The notes under the pieces were generated by a model. That model had not been told where the DNA came from and searched no databases. It worked only from the letters and a program-made list of their open reading frames with translations. Shown here piece by piece: positions 55,969 to 64,000 of a DNA stretch of 64,000 nucleotides (position 1 is the first letter of the stretch; each line of letters begins with the position of its first letter). A program made the translations under genes and the position numbers. Source of the DNA: a virus. The stretch lies in the IMG/VR virus record IMGVR_UViG_3300035698_014711, positions 9,297 to 73,296 of that record. The stretch is one strand, 5' to 3'.

Positions 55969-56205
55969 CTACTTAACGTTGATGGTGTTTCCACGTCCAG
56001 ATCCTTTCTTAACGGCACCAAGTAAATCATTCCAACTGTCTGGTGTTTTGGAAAGCAAAGAGCCAGCCTGTGACACAATTTTTGGTGCACATAGCTTTTG
56101 TTTCATATTAGGATCTTCAGCAAGAATCACTTTGAGCTCTTCATGAGAACAGATGATATGATTCACTTCTTCAGTTTCTTTATTGATTAATGTATAGCTT
56201 GGCAT
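55969..56205 (-). CDS. FmdB-like small protein
   Basis: MPSY..PDSWNDLL..GNTIN; late promoter at 56231-56238. Confidence 0.65.
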   Translation of the reverse strand: MPSYTLINKETEEVNHIICSHEELKVILAEDPNMKQKLCAPKIVSQAGSLLSKTPDSWNDLLGAVKKGSGRGNTINVK

Positions 56206-56241
56206 AATATACCCTTATTGTTTACAATGGTATTTATACAC

Positions 56242-56781
56242 CTAGAACCACTCTGGTACTTTTCTCTTTGTCCATTCCATCTTGAATCTGTGTTGCTTTG
56301 TTTTATAAAATTCTCGATAGGCTGATACAGGCTCAAGAGCATATAGATGAGGCTGATCTTTCATGGCAAGTTTCCAGGGAGTTTGCAAACCTACTGGAAT
56401 ATGTGTTGGAGCAGTGAGTAGCAACTGTCTAAACAGTTCGTCGCATCTATGGGTCCGGTTATACCTAAAACTATACTCATCGCAGAGAGCTATGAAGTGC
56501 TGATAATGCCAGTTGTAATTTTCGGATGTCTCTGTAGTCCATACTGTGCAAGGGTGTTTCTCATGAACTGACTTATATAGAACAGTATCGAGGCTTGGAT
56601 GCTCCCAGTAAGTCCTAAGAGTCTTGCCCGATTTGGATCTGCGTTTGGTTGGATTACCATCAAGAAGCCTATGGACTGTGCACAGCATCTGTGCTGACTC
56701 AGTTGGCATTTTGACAACATGTTTATTGCATTGCATCTGCGCAGCAATAATCGGATCGGGGTGTAATGCAAATATGTTCAT
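56242..56781 (-). CDS. Pyrimidine dimer DNA glycosylase-like protein
   Basis: MNIF..KHVVKM..ESAQML..HPCTVW..AYR.FY..WTKR..PEWF. Confidence 0.8.
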   Translation of the reverse strand: MNIFALHPDPIIAAQMQCNKHVVKMPTESAQMLCTVHRLLDGNPTKRRSKSGKTLRTYWEHPSLDTVLYKSVHEKHPCTVWTTETSENYNWHYQHFIALCDEYSFRYNRTHRCDELFRQLLLTAPTHIPVGLQTPWKLAMKDQPHLYALEPVSAYREFYKTKQHRFKMEWTKRKVPEWF

Positions 56782-57054
56782 GCTTGTATCATATCAAAAT
56801 CTTAGGCCTTGTAAACAAAAAGGCCCCGATTTCTCGAGGCCCTTAATATTTTGTTATGCAGGAAGTAAGCTCAACTCTTTGATTTTTTCATCTACTATAT
56901 TTCTTCGTGATAGAATTTTTCTCATAAGAATTTCCTGTCCTTCTTTTTCAAGAATCTCTGCATATGCAAGCAATGAGTCAGAGTCTTTTTGAAGTCTTTC
57001 GAGTTGAGTTATAAGCATATTTATCTCCTGTTACAGTGTATTATACTAAATAGA

Positions 57055-57486
57055 TCACTCCGGAAGTAGTCCGGGGAAAGCCTCCTTTACCACTGCTTTT
57101 GTGATACCCTTTGGAGCTTTCTTATTCACCATATCAATGACTAAGGTTGCGTCATTGGGATGAATTCCTTCTAAGATCTCAATATATTTCCGTTCTCTCT
57201 GAACTTGAGGAAGCTTATTTCCTGCTGGTGTATTGCAAAGATACATAAATTGTCGATGCATTTTGGAAAGGGTTGTTGGGTGATTATGGCCTTCTGAAGC
57301 AGTAAAAGGCACATCCCAGCCAGTCGGTACAAGAAACCTAATTCGGTCATCAAATGTGCCGCGAAGAATGTCAAGCATTGCATCTGTTTTATTTACTCTC
57401 AGATATTCTGCTTTCTCTTTCTTGGTCTTTTTCTGTGAGGCTTGAACAATAAGCTCAGAGGTATTATAGGTGATATTCGGATTCAA
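57055..57486 (-). CDS. Conserved T4-like hypothetical protein
   Basis: RERKYIEILEGIHPNDA..VKEAFPGL. Confidence 0.7.
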   Translation of the reverse strand: MNPNITYNTSELIVQASQKKTKKEKAEYLRVNKTDAMLDILRGTFDDRIRFLVPTGWDVPFTASEGHNHPTTLSKMHRQFMYLCNTPAGNKLPQVQRERKYIEILEGIHPNDATLVIDMVNKKAPKGITKAVVKEAFPGLLPE

Positions 57487-58343
57487 TTTACAAACTCCTG
57501 CACTCTCTCGAGTAGCATTTTCATTCTGTTTTTCAGTAGATAAGGCATAACTTTTTTACCATATCCGGTTTTATCTTGATTTACAAATGTATTTATACAC
57601 TCTTGCTTTAAGTTAGCTGGTGTATAGCTAAGATCAATCATCATTTGGTTACGTTTAAAGTTCTTGTATTGTTCGGTTCCCAAGTCTGCTTCTAGGTTGT
57701 CAGATGCAAGCATCTTTTCAATCATCTTCTTGGAGATAGGTTTTGCTCTTGATTCCTTTTTCACTAGGAAATCATCAGCCGAGCGGACATTAGGAACGCC
57801 GTCTCCTGAATCACCCTTGAGAAGCATCTCAAACAAGAAGCCGGAAGGATCATCAACTTGCATAATCTTTTTAGTCCGTAGAGAGAACTGAGAGACATTA
57901 GAGTATTTGTGTAGTTGTTTAAAGTCCTTATCAGAAGAGATAATCATAATCTTCTCATTCTTACCAAATTCTTGAGTAAGATCTACCAAAGCTCCGATTA
58001 CATCATCGCCTTCACATCCATCAACTTTAACAGTCTTGTAGGGAAAGTGGTTCTCCAGATCATCCCGAGTCTCATTCACAATCTTAAAAACGAGATTCCA
58101 ATCAATTGTGGAATCATCTCGATTCGTCTTACGGTTAGCTTTATATTCTTTAAAGAAACCATACCGCCAGTTATTTGGGCCATCACAGCAGATTACAATC
58201 TCACCATATTCGGCCTTAAACTTTGACCGATACATACGGATTTGGTTGAGAATCATATGACGGATCATATCTTCATTATCAGACATATCTGGGTTGACAA
58301 GAACAGTAGCAAATGCCAATGCAGAGTAATCAATTAATATCAT
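57483..58343 (-). CDS. rnh: T4-type RNase H (5'-3' flap nuclease)
   Basis: ILID..CCDG..WR..YKANR..EGDDVI..SSDKDF..GDSGDGVPN. Confidence 0.92.
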   Translation of the reverse strand: MILIDYSALAFATVLVNPDMSDNEDMIRHMILNQIRMYRSKFKAEYGEIVICCDGPNNWRYGFFKEYKANRKTNRDDSTIDWNLVFKIVNETRDDLENHFPYKTVKVDGCEGDDVIGALVDLTQEFGKNEKIMIISSDKDFKQLHKYSNVSQFSLRTKKIMQVDDPSGFLFEMLLKGDSGDGVPNVRSADDFLVKKESRAKPISKKMIEKMLASDNLEADLGTEQYKNFKRNQMMIDLSYTPANLKQECINTFVNQDKTGYGKKVMPYLLKNRMKMLLERVQEFVN

Positions 58344-58759
58344 AATTTATCCTGTTTCAAGTGTTTCAAGTGTTTCGAGTTAATCCTACAGCCTATATAG
58401 CCATTGTGATACATCTTATCATAAAGCACGTGCTTTGTAAACTGCTCATATGCCTCCCAGTAGGAACATTCACCTTTTGTTTCACATAATCGCAGAATTT
58501 GTCTGTCAAATGCAGCAGAGCCTTTTTCTTCTACTAGCTTTTTGAGTGCTTCGTTAGAGCCGTGGTAGGATTTCCAATCTGACTCGGTCACCTTGACTCG
58601 TTTTCTCTTTTTACCTTTCAAAGGAGGAAGCCTCTTAGTTGACCTAAACAGCTTCTTTCCGATGTATTTCATTCCATCTGGGTCTGTAATTAGATAAACA
58701 AACCCTACATAATCATTAATCATCTCTGAGGTAAATTCTTTTCCCTCATAATACCACAT
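58340..58759 (-). CDS. GIY-YIG domain protein
   Basis: GFVYLIT..KYIGKK..ESDWKSYHGS. Confidence 0.8.
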   Translation of the reverse strand: MWYYEGKEFTSEMINDYVGFVYLITDPDGMKYIGKKLFRSTKRLPPLKGKKRKRVKVTESDWKSYHGSNEALKKLVEEKGSAAFDRQILRLCETKGECSYWEAYEQFTKHVLYDKMYHNGYIGCRINSKHLKHLKQDKL

Positions 58760-59013
58760 TACTTTTTTGGTTCTGCTTTTGTAAGATCTTCATTATCTTC
58801 CCAACCAGTACCTGTGTTCTTATCCTTATCTTTAGGTGTCACAATCTTGACTGTATTTCCGATGTTCCTATTCTGTCTGAACATAATCATATGCTCAGCA
58901 TTCTTATACTCAAAAGACCATTGGTCTAAAACCCAAGCATAAGATGGTTTAATTCTTTGAGATGGTAGAGACTTATCAAAAGCCTCCACCAGATAATTGT
59001 TGAAAGAATACAT
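58759..59013 (-). CDS. Hypothetical protein, possible internal head protein
   Basis: MYSFNNYLVE/A N-terminus. Confidence 0.5.
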   Translation of the reverse strand: MYSFNNYLVEAFDKSLPSQRIKPSYAWVLDQWSFEYKNAEHMIMFRQNRNIGNTVKIVTPKDKDKNTGTGWEDNEDLTKAEPKK

Positions 59014-59147
59014 TAAGATTCCTCCACATTGTCCACTTCATTGGAACAAATTGGACAATAAATCGGCTCTTCTGCGTCAGGTGATTCAATTATCTCAACA
59101 GTGGTGATTGATTCACAATCAGAACAAGATAGTGTATATGTTTTCAT
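59013..59147 (-). CDS. 44-aa zinc-ribbon protein (not in track)
   Basis: CSDC..CPIC. Confidence 0.6.
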   Translation of the reverse strand: MKTYTLSCSDCESITTVEIIESPDAEEPIYCPICSNEVDNVEES

Positions 59148-59180
59148 GTAATTTTCCTTTATTGAGATATTTATTAAACC

Positions 59181-61394
59181 TTAAAAATCAATCTCACAAC
59201 CGTTTCCTGCACATGCTATTGCACCAAGCGTATTAATATCAATAAAGTCTCTCTTACCGAGTTCTGTTGACCACTGAATGTCCTTAAAGTTATTCTGAAT
59301 CTTATTCCATTTATGGAAGAGATAGCTATCCTTTAAGCAATATTCAGTCTTTTTCAGATCACCTTCGAGATAGTTATCAGCAAACTGTTTAAACCTACGA
59401 ACCCAATCTCTCTTGGCTGCATTCTCTGAACTATCAAGAGACAGATCTTTCCCAAATCCTTGAGCAGTAAGACACGCATCCCAAACTGTATTAAAGGTTG
59501 ATAGCCCATCAACAACAAGACCTGATGCAAAAATAGCAGCAGTTCCGTATTTCTCTACCATCTGTTCAGCATCAATCACTTCTGTATTAGGAGCTTGATT
59601 AAAGTCCTTGTCTCCATAGTCACCAAGAAGGGAAATACCAGCAAAGAATTCTCTATTATTATAGATATATTCTTCAATTTCATCCCAATCTGTCACAGTA
59701 ATTGTATTGGAAACATTATGACTCAATCCTGGAGCTGCACAGAGTTCTTCATTAGTTCCTTCAAGTACCCAGTTCTTTTGAACCTTCTTGACTAATTCAA
59801 GATGGTCTACACCCATTGCATCATTTCTGAACATCGAGCCTTTTTTAGGAATGACAGGAAATGAAACTGTATAATCAGTACCGTGAGAAGAACCTACTGT
59901 ATCCTCTACCATATGAGGATTGGTTTCTTTAATCAGCTTTGCTACTTCACTGTCTTTTGTGAGTGTTACATTTCTGATAAACATAGGAGAGTGATCGGGG
60001 TGAATACCTGAAGCTGTCTTAAGAAGAACTGAAGCATTTCCACTGGGTTTCACACAGGTTGTCCGCGCAGCAGGATTAATCCCAATGATTGCAGCTACTT
60101 CTCTATTGACTTCTTTTACGATTTTTGCTCCACGTTGAAGAATCTTCTCATCAAATAGTACTTTTGGATTATTCATCCAACCAGTAATGGAAACACCAAG
60201 TAGAGCTTCTCTCTCGAAGATTTTCTTAGTAGTCTCACCGAGGAATTTGAAATTAGTATAAGCAGCCTGAAGAGTTCCGAGAATAGCACCAGATCTACAA
60301 GCTTCATAGAATACTTCTTCTGATGAGCACATGCCGCCATTAATCTCAGTTAGGTTACAACCCTGCCATCCAGACACACCATCAAGCTGAGGATACATGC
60401 CGATTTCTACACAGGGGTTTACCGTGAACTCAGTTGATTCAGAAAACACAAAACCAGGTTCTCCAAATGTTTTTGTTCTAGTAATAATTTCCTTAAACTG
60501 TTCTCTGGTAATATTAGACCTTACAATTAATGCAGAGTTATTAGACCGAGCACGTTGAGGATGTTTCTTATGCCAGTTTGGAGTTGATTTTGCTTCCATC
60601 ATTTCCATATCATCAGGAGAGAAGAGACAGATAGTAGCTGATCTTCGTACACCACCGGCAAGCACTGCATCGGCCATAAACATACAGATATCATAAACAT
60701 GGATTGGACGCAAACGTGATTCACCAGCTAAGATGACAGTTTGGATAAGGTGTTCAATTTGGTCAAGGGCAATACGGAGAGGTTCCGGGCCCGGAGCTTT
60801 AAAGTTTCCTGCTACAACAGTACCTTTTCTTCTGATATTTGTTAGGTCAAAGTAAACTCTTCGACCCTCAAAGTCAGGTCTCTTACCGCCGCCCTCGAAA
60901 TATGAAGAAAGAAGAACATCAGCACACTCAGCCCATCCCTCAATGTCATCAGTAGCAACATGAGTCTTTGCTTGACCCTTTCTGGCTTTCACATCGGCAA
61001 TTTTAGCTACGTGATGTCTCTGAACTGAGAAACCAGCCCCAGCCCCACATAGAAGAATATAGAAGAACTCTCCGAAGAACGCCTCACGGTCAGCATAGCT
61101 AGAAGTACAATTATACATCTTCATCTCGTGCTTAAGAAGGTGATCGCCTCCAAATTGTAGAGATCTTTGTGCAGCTAGAACTAATTGCTTCTTATAAGCA
61201 CCACGAGCTTCTTCTAGGTATGGCTGTAGCTTCTCGTTGTTTTTAAAGTAGTCTTCATGCATAGAAATAACTCTATCAACAGATTCCTCCCATGTCTCAT
61301 ATCTTTCTTTATCATCCATATATCTGGAATAGCCATCATGAAATTTTGCTTCTGACATGAGCGAACGCGTATCGATGAACTTATTGTCTATCAT
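59181..61394 (-). CDS. nrdJ: Class II (B12-dependent) ribonucleotide reductase
   Basis: YNC..GGVRRSA..RARSNNS..NPCVEI..CNLTE..TCVKPSG; C-terminal CAGNGC. Confidence 0.9.
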   Translation of the reverse strand: MIDNKFIDTRSLMSEAKFHDGYSRYMDDKERYETWEESVDRVISMHEDYFKNNEKLQPYLEEARGAYKKQLVLAAQRSLQFGGDHLLKHEMKMYNCTSSYADREAFFGEFFYILLCGAGAGFSVQRHHVAKIADVKARKGQAKTHVATDDIEGWAECADVLLSSYFEGGGKRPDFEGRRVYFDLTNIRRKGTVVAGNFKAPGPEPLRIALDQIEHLIQTVILAGESRLRPIHVYDICMFMADAVLAGGVRRSATICLFSPDDMEMMEAKSTPNWHKKHPQRARSNNSALIVRSNITREQFKEIITRTKTFGEPGFVFSESTEFTVNPCVEIGMYPQLDGVSGWQGCNLTEINGGMCSSEEVFYEACRSGAILGTLQAAYTNFKFLGETTKKIFEREALLGVSITGWMNNPKVLFDEKILQRGAKIVKEVNREVAAIIGINPAARTTCVKPSGNASVLLKTASGIHPDHSPMFIRNVTLTKDSEVAKLIKETNPHMVEDTVGSSHGTDYTVSFPVIPKKGSMFRNDAMGVDHLELVKKVQKNWVLEGTNEELCAAPGLSHNVSNTITVTDWDEIEEYIYNNREFFAGISLLGDYGDKDFNQAPNTEVIDAEQMVEKYGTAAIFASGLVVDGLSTFNTVWDACLTAQGFGKDLSLDSSENAAKRDWVRRFKQFADNYLEGDLKKTEYCLKDSYLFHKWNKIQNNFKDIQWSTELGKRDFIDINTLGAIACAGNGCEIDF

Positions 61395-61445
61395 AAGAAC
61401 TCCCTTTTCTTCTTGGTTTTGTGTATGTGTTTTATTTATAACTAG

Positions 61446-61787
61446 TTAGTCTGTCAAACTGTTCTCATAGAAAACAATGATGTCTTTTTGCTGTTTAATA
61501 TAACGGCTTAGTTCTGCCACATTTAGGGCTAAATTTTCATAATCATCAACAGAAAGAGCATAAAAAGCCCAATTTTCTCCTGAGGTAGTAACCCATTCTT
61601 CCAGAACTTCTGAAATATTTTCACTAGTAATGACTTTAAATTGAACATTGTTTAAGTCAACGCCGCGAGGGGCAGGCTGAATCTGAATCTGTTCTTCAAT
61701 AAAAACCGACTCTGTTATAATTTCTTTATCCGTTGTTAAGCAAGCACTAACGACTAGTAATAGACTCAAGATTGCTAAAAACTTCAC
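61446..61787 (-). CDS. o-spanin-like lipoprotein
   Basis: Lipobox VSAC; YENLALN..RYIKQQ. Confidence 0.75.
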   Translation of the reverse strand: MKFLAILSLLLVVSACLTTDKEIITESVFIEEQIQIQPAPRGVDLNNVQFKVITSENISEVLEEWVTTSGENWAFYALSVDDYENLALNVAELSRYIKQQKDIIVFYENSLTD

Positions 61788-62127
61788 GGGTACCATCATT
61801 GATTCTTCTTTCTATTAGACCAGGTTTTGATATGCTTAAGTATTCTAAATCATGTTCAGCCAAAAGTACAATCAATTCTCTTGATTCTGTCTCTCTTTCT
61901 GATAGTGATTCTGCTAATTCAAAGCTTCTTAAAGCATTTGATTCTGCTGAATTCTTTAATGCTTTAATTGTAGCTGTGTTGCTTCTATTAGAAGAAATCA
62001 GTTGAGCTTGAGCTGTGATTAATTCTTCTATCTTATTCTGAGATGAGTTGTAATACCATCCGAAGCCTAGGATGAGTATTAAACCAGCACCAATAAAGAT
62101 TTTAGTCGGACTTAGAAAACTGAGCAC
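61747..62127 (-). CDS. i-spanin-like protein
   Basis: N-terminal TM plus coiled coil; HDL..KPGLIE.RIN.GT. Confidence 0.75.
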   Translation of the reverse strand: MLSFLSPTKIFIGAGLILILGFGWYYNSSQNKIEELITAQAQLISSNRSNTATIKALKNSAESNALRSFELAESLSERETESRELIVLLAEHDLEYLSISKPGLIERRINDGTREVFSNLESITSR

Positions 62128-62431
62128 GTTTGAACACCTTCTTTTTCTTTTTTACTATAACTGTTTCTGAATCATCACCAGCACCAGGAACTGAGCCTGT
62201 ATTGGTGGCCGGGGCTTCTTCATATAGATTTTTATAGATAGAAGCTAATTCCCGAGCTGTCATATCAGTTTTAAATTCTCTTGTTACTGCATAAGCAGCA
62301 GTAGCTACAGTTTCTTTTTTGGGATTATCTTTAACAATCTCTTTGATTCTATCCATCAAAGCCTTATCGAATCTTTCTTTTGTCTTAGTTGAAGCATCAC
62401 TTTCTGTCACATACTTCTTAAAGTTGTCCAT
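62102..62431 (-). CDS. Hypothetical protein (virion-processing-like motifs)
   Basis: MDNFKKYVTE/S and YEEAPATNTG. Confidence 0.55.
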   Translation of the reverse strand: MDNFKKYVTESDASTKTKERFDKALMDRIKEIVKDNPKKETVATAAYAVTREFKTDMTARELASIYKNLYEEAPATNTGSVPGAGDDSETVIVKKKKKVFKRAQFSKSD

Positions 62432-62796
62432 TAGATTTTCCTAAGCTTTTCTATTACATCTTTATTCATATCTATATCTAAATAATCTGTTTCTTTAGTA
62501 TATTTTAAATACAGAAGGAATGGTTTTATTACTTCCATTTGTGTATCATCAAACGAAGCTTCGCACATAATGAGAGATGGCTTAATACCAAAAGAATTAA
62601 AGATAACTATCAAATGGTTTAGTATTAATCTCTCAGCTAATTCAGTTCCAGTTAGAAACTTTGTAATTAATCTTTTTATATATTTGAATCTGAGAAGATC
62701 CTCCTTAAAGTCTTCTATATCTGCTGACTTTGGATTATAGTAATGCAAAGCAGCAAAGTTCATAAACTCTTCACTAAAAGTATTTTGTTTGATCAT
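62431..62796 (-). CDS. Conserved T4-like hypothetical protein
   Basis: YYNP..F.EDL.RFKYIKRL..ERLILNH. Confidence 0.75.
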   Translation of the reverse strand: MIKQNTFSEEFMNFAALHYYNPKSADIEDFKEDLLRFKYIKRLITKFLTGTELAERLILNHLIVIFNSFGIKPSLIMCEASFDDTQMEVIKPFLLYLKYTKETDYLDIDMNKDVIEKLRKI

Positions 62797-63139
62797 ATCT
62801 TCTAATTTCTGTCCATAAGGTTACAGCAATTGCCATGAATAGAGCTTTAGCAAAACTAGCATCATTCTTTAAGGCCGCGCCGTACCATTCACCAGCTGCC
62901 ACAAAAGGTCTGTAGTTTTCCTCAAGCATTTTATCGTGAACACATGCAGAAAGAAGATATTTAGGGTCATGAGGATTTAAAATCCACGTGAGAAACTTAG
63001 GGACAGAACTTTCAAATTTAAAGCCCGGAGATATAAGCAGAATACAGTCACTATTTTTCTTACCCTTGCTCCAAGTAATTACTTTTGTTGTTTCATATCT
63101 ATCCTCTTCAGGGAGATATTTGCACCAAGTATTACTCAT
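62774..63139 (-). CDS. DUF1353-like protein
   Basis: PGFKFESSVP..SACVHD. Confidence 0.7.
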   Translation of the reverse strand: MSNTWCKYLPEEDRYETTKVITWSKGKKNSDCILLISPGFKFESSVPKFLTWILNPHDPKYLLSACVHDKMLEENYRPFVAAGEWYGAALKNDASFAKALFMAIAVTLWTEIRRYDQTKYF

Positions 63140-63383
63140 TCGTATCTTTACGCATATCTTCTTTTCTGTGTTGCTATTGATGTAGGATTAATAAGAGAAA
63201 TCTTTGCCAATTTTCTTCCTACTTCATTTGAGTTTGAGGAATCTGTTTCACCATAAGATGTCCAAAGAATACCGATACTTTGCCAGCTTTCGGCGTCTTG
63301 CCATTGCTTTAGCAGTTAAGTATTCAATCAGATCAAGTTGAAGAGGAGACTTAAAGCCTCCGATAAACTGCGAAATCAATTAT

Positions 63384-63761
63384 TTAAATGTCTTGTGGTA
63401 AATGCGTCAGCCCCATCGCGGCGAGCGTTGCCAGCGCGTCGTCACCCACACAGGCCGTCAACTTGTTGGGCATGGCCGTCACAGGCGTCAGGCTGAACAC
63501 CAGCGCCGCTTGTGCGCGATTAGCACCTGCCATGCTTATTATGTTGTCAGTGTCCCAAGCAGGGCGTTGTAAGTTGCTCTGTGCCGCCGTTGTGAATGTG
63601 TCGGACACTGGTAGGCTTGCGACGGCGTAAAGGTTGCCGTCAGCATCTTGCCAGTTCAATGCGCCGTAGGTTAGCGCGTCCGGTGCGCCGAAGCCAAGCA
63701 CCATGGCCAGTTGATTGGAGTCAGTCCGCATCAATTCGGGGCATGCGATTGTTAGTCTCAT
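63384..63761 (-). CDS. Tail-fibre-associated hypothetical protein
   Basis: Coupled to the upstream gene (TAATG); GC-richer composition. Confidence 0.6.
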   Translation of the reverse strand: MRLTIACPELMRTDSNQLAMVLGFGAPDALTYGALNWQDADGNLYAVASLPVSDTFTTAAQSNLQRPAWDTDNIISMAGANRAQAALVFSLTPVTAMPNKLTACVGDDALATLAAMGLTHLPQDI

Positions 63762-64000
63762 TAGAATCCTCCTGTGACTGATACAGTCCAGCCGCGTGAC
63801 CGGAGTGTAGTGATAGCAGCCTCGCCAGTTGATGAGGGGGCCGACCCGCCCGATTGATCGAATACCCTCGTCCCGGCTGCGATACCGGATGCAACGAGCG
63901 ACACCAGAATGTTATCGATGCTGGTTTGGGTTAAAGCGGTGTCGGTAAATGCGTTGGTAAAGTTACCGCCACTTATATTGTCGAAGGCATTAGCTGGGAA
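63761..64000 (-). CDS. 3' end of probable tail fibre/receptor-binding protein (partial)
   Basis: ..PANAFDNISGGNFTNAFTDTALTQTSIDNILVSL..LRSRGWTVSVTGGF*. Confidence 0.55.
   Translation of the reverse strand, partial: FPANAFDNISGGNFTNAFTDTALTQTSIDNILVSLVASGIAAGTRVFDQSGGSAPSSTGEAAITTLRSRGWTVSVTGGF

Noticed and set aside
59181-61394. Intron or intein in the ribonucleotide reductase
   Set aside because: ORF is continuous, of ordinary length, with no splice motifs seen.
1-64000. Genome-wide TAG recoding suggested by the CUA tRNA
   Set aside because: Core genes are full length in code 11 and TAG ends genes at expected positions.

Overview
This 64 kb window is part of a T4-like myovirus genome. It is AT-rich and uses the standard code, and almost all genes lie on the minus strand. 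An alphaproteobacterial host is a guess from gene content. 0-11.5 kb: baseplate/tail module (gp5 apparently split in three, gp53, gp48, gp4, gp2, gp54, gp26/gp51-like, tape-measure-like gene). 11.5-14 kb: gp32 and gp33. 14-26.8 kb: early accessory genes rich in RNA/translation repair and signalling (RtcB, PTH2, HAD, metallophosphoesterase, cyclic-phosphate receiver, two kinase-like genes, HD hydrolase). 26.8-36.4 kb: array of about 34 tRNA/tRNA-like genes covering all 20 amino acids (36 in the window), many structurally atypical. 36.9-39.3 kb: NAMPT plus NMNAT-Nudix. 42-51 kb: MazG, Rnl2-type ligase and a glycosyl/methyl/sulfotransferase cluster. 51-63 kb: holin-like gene, amidase, PhoH, RNase H, class II ribonucleotide reductase, spanins. 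The window ends in a GC-richer tail-fibre-associated segment. Main unexplained signals: (1) a late-promoter-driven 28-codon leader ORF containing all 20 amino acids, coupled to a terminator/antiterminator directly upstream of the tRNA array (candidate general tRNA-depletion attenuator); (2) four covarying bulged-stem RNA units with an invariant GUUCCUUA motif directly downstream of a 581-aa helical/TerD-like gene; (3) a probable -1 frameshift joining the gp26-like and gp51-like ORFs before the tape-measure gene; (4) a CUA-anticodon tRNA-like gene; (5) two GIY-YIG remnants at tRNA 3' ends. All protein calls are by motif recognition, without database searches.
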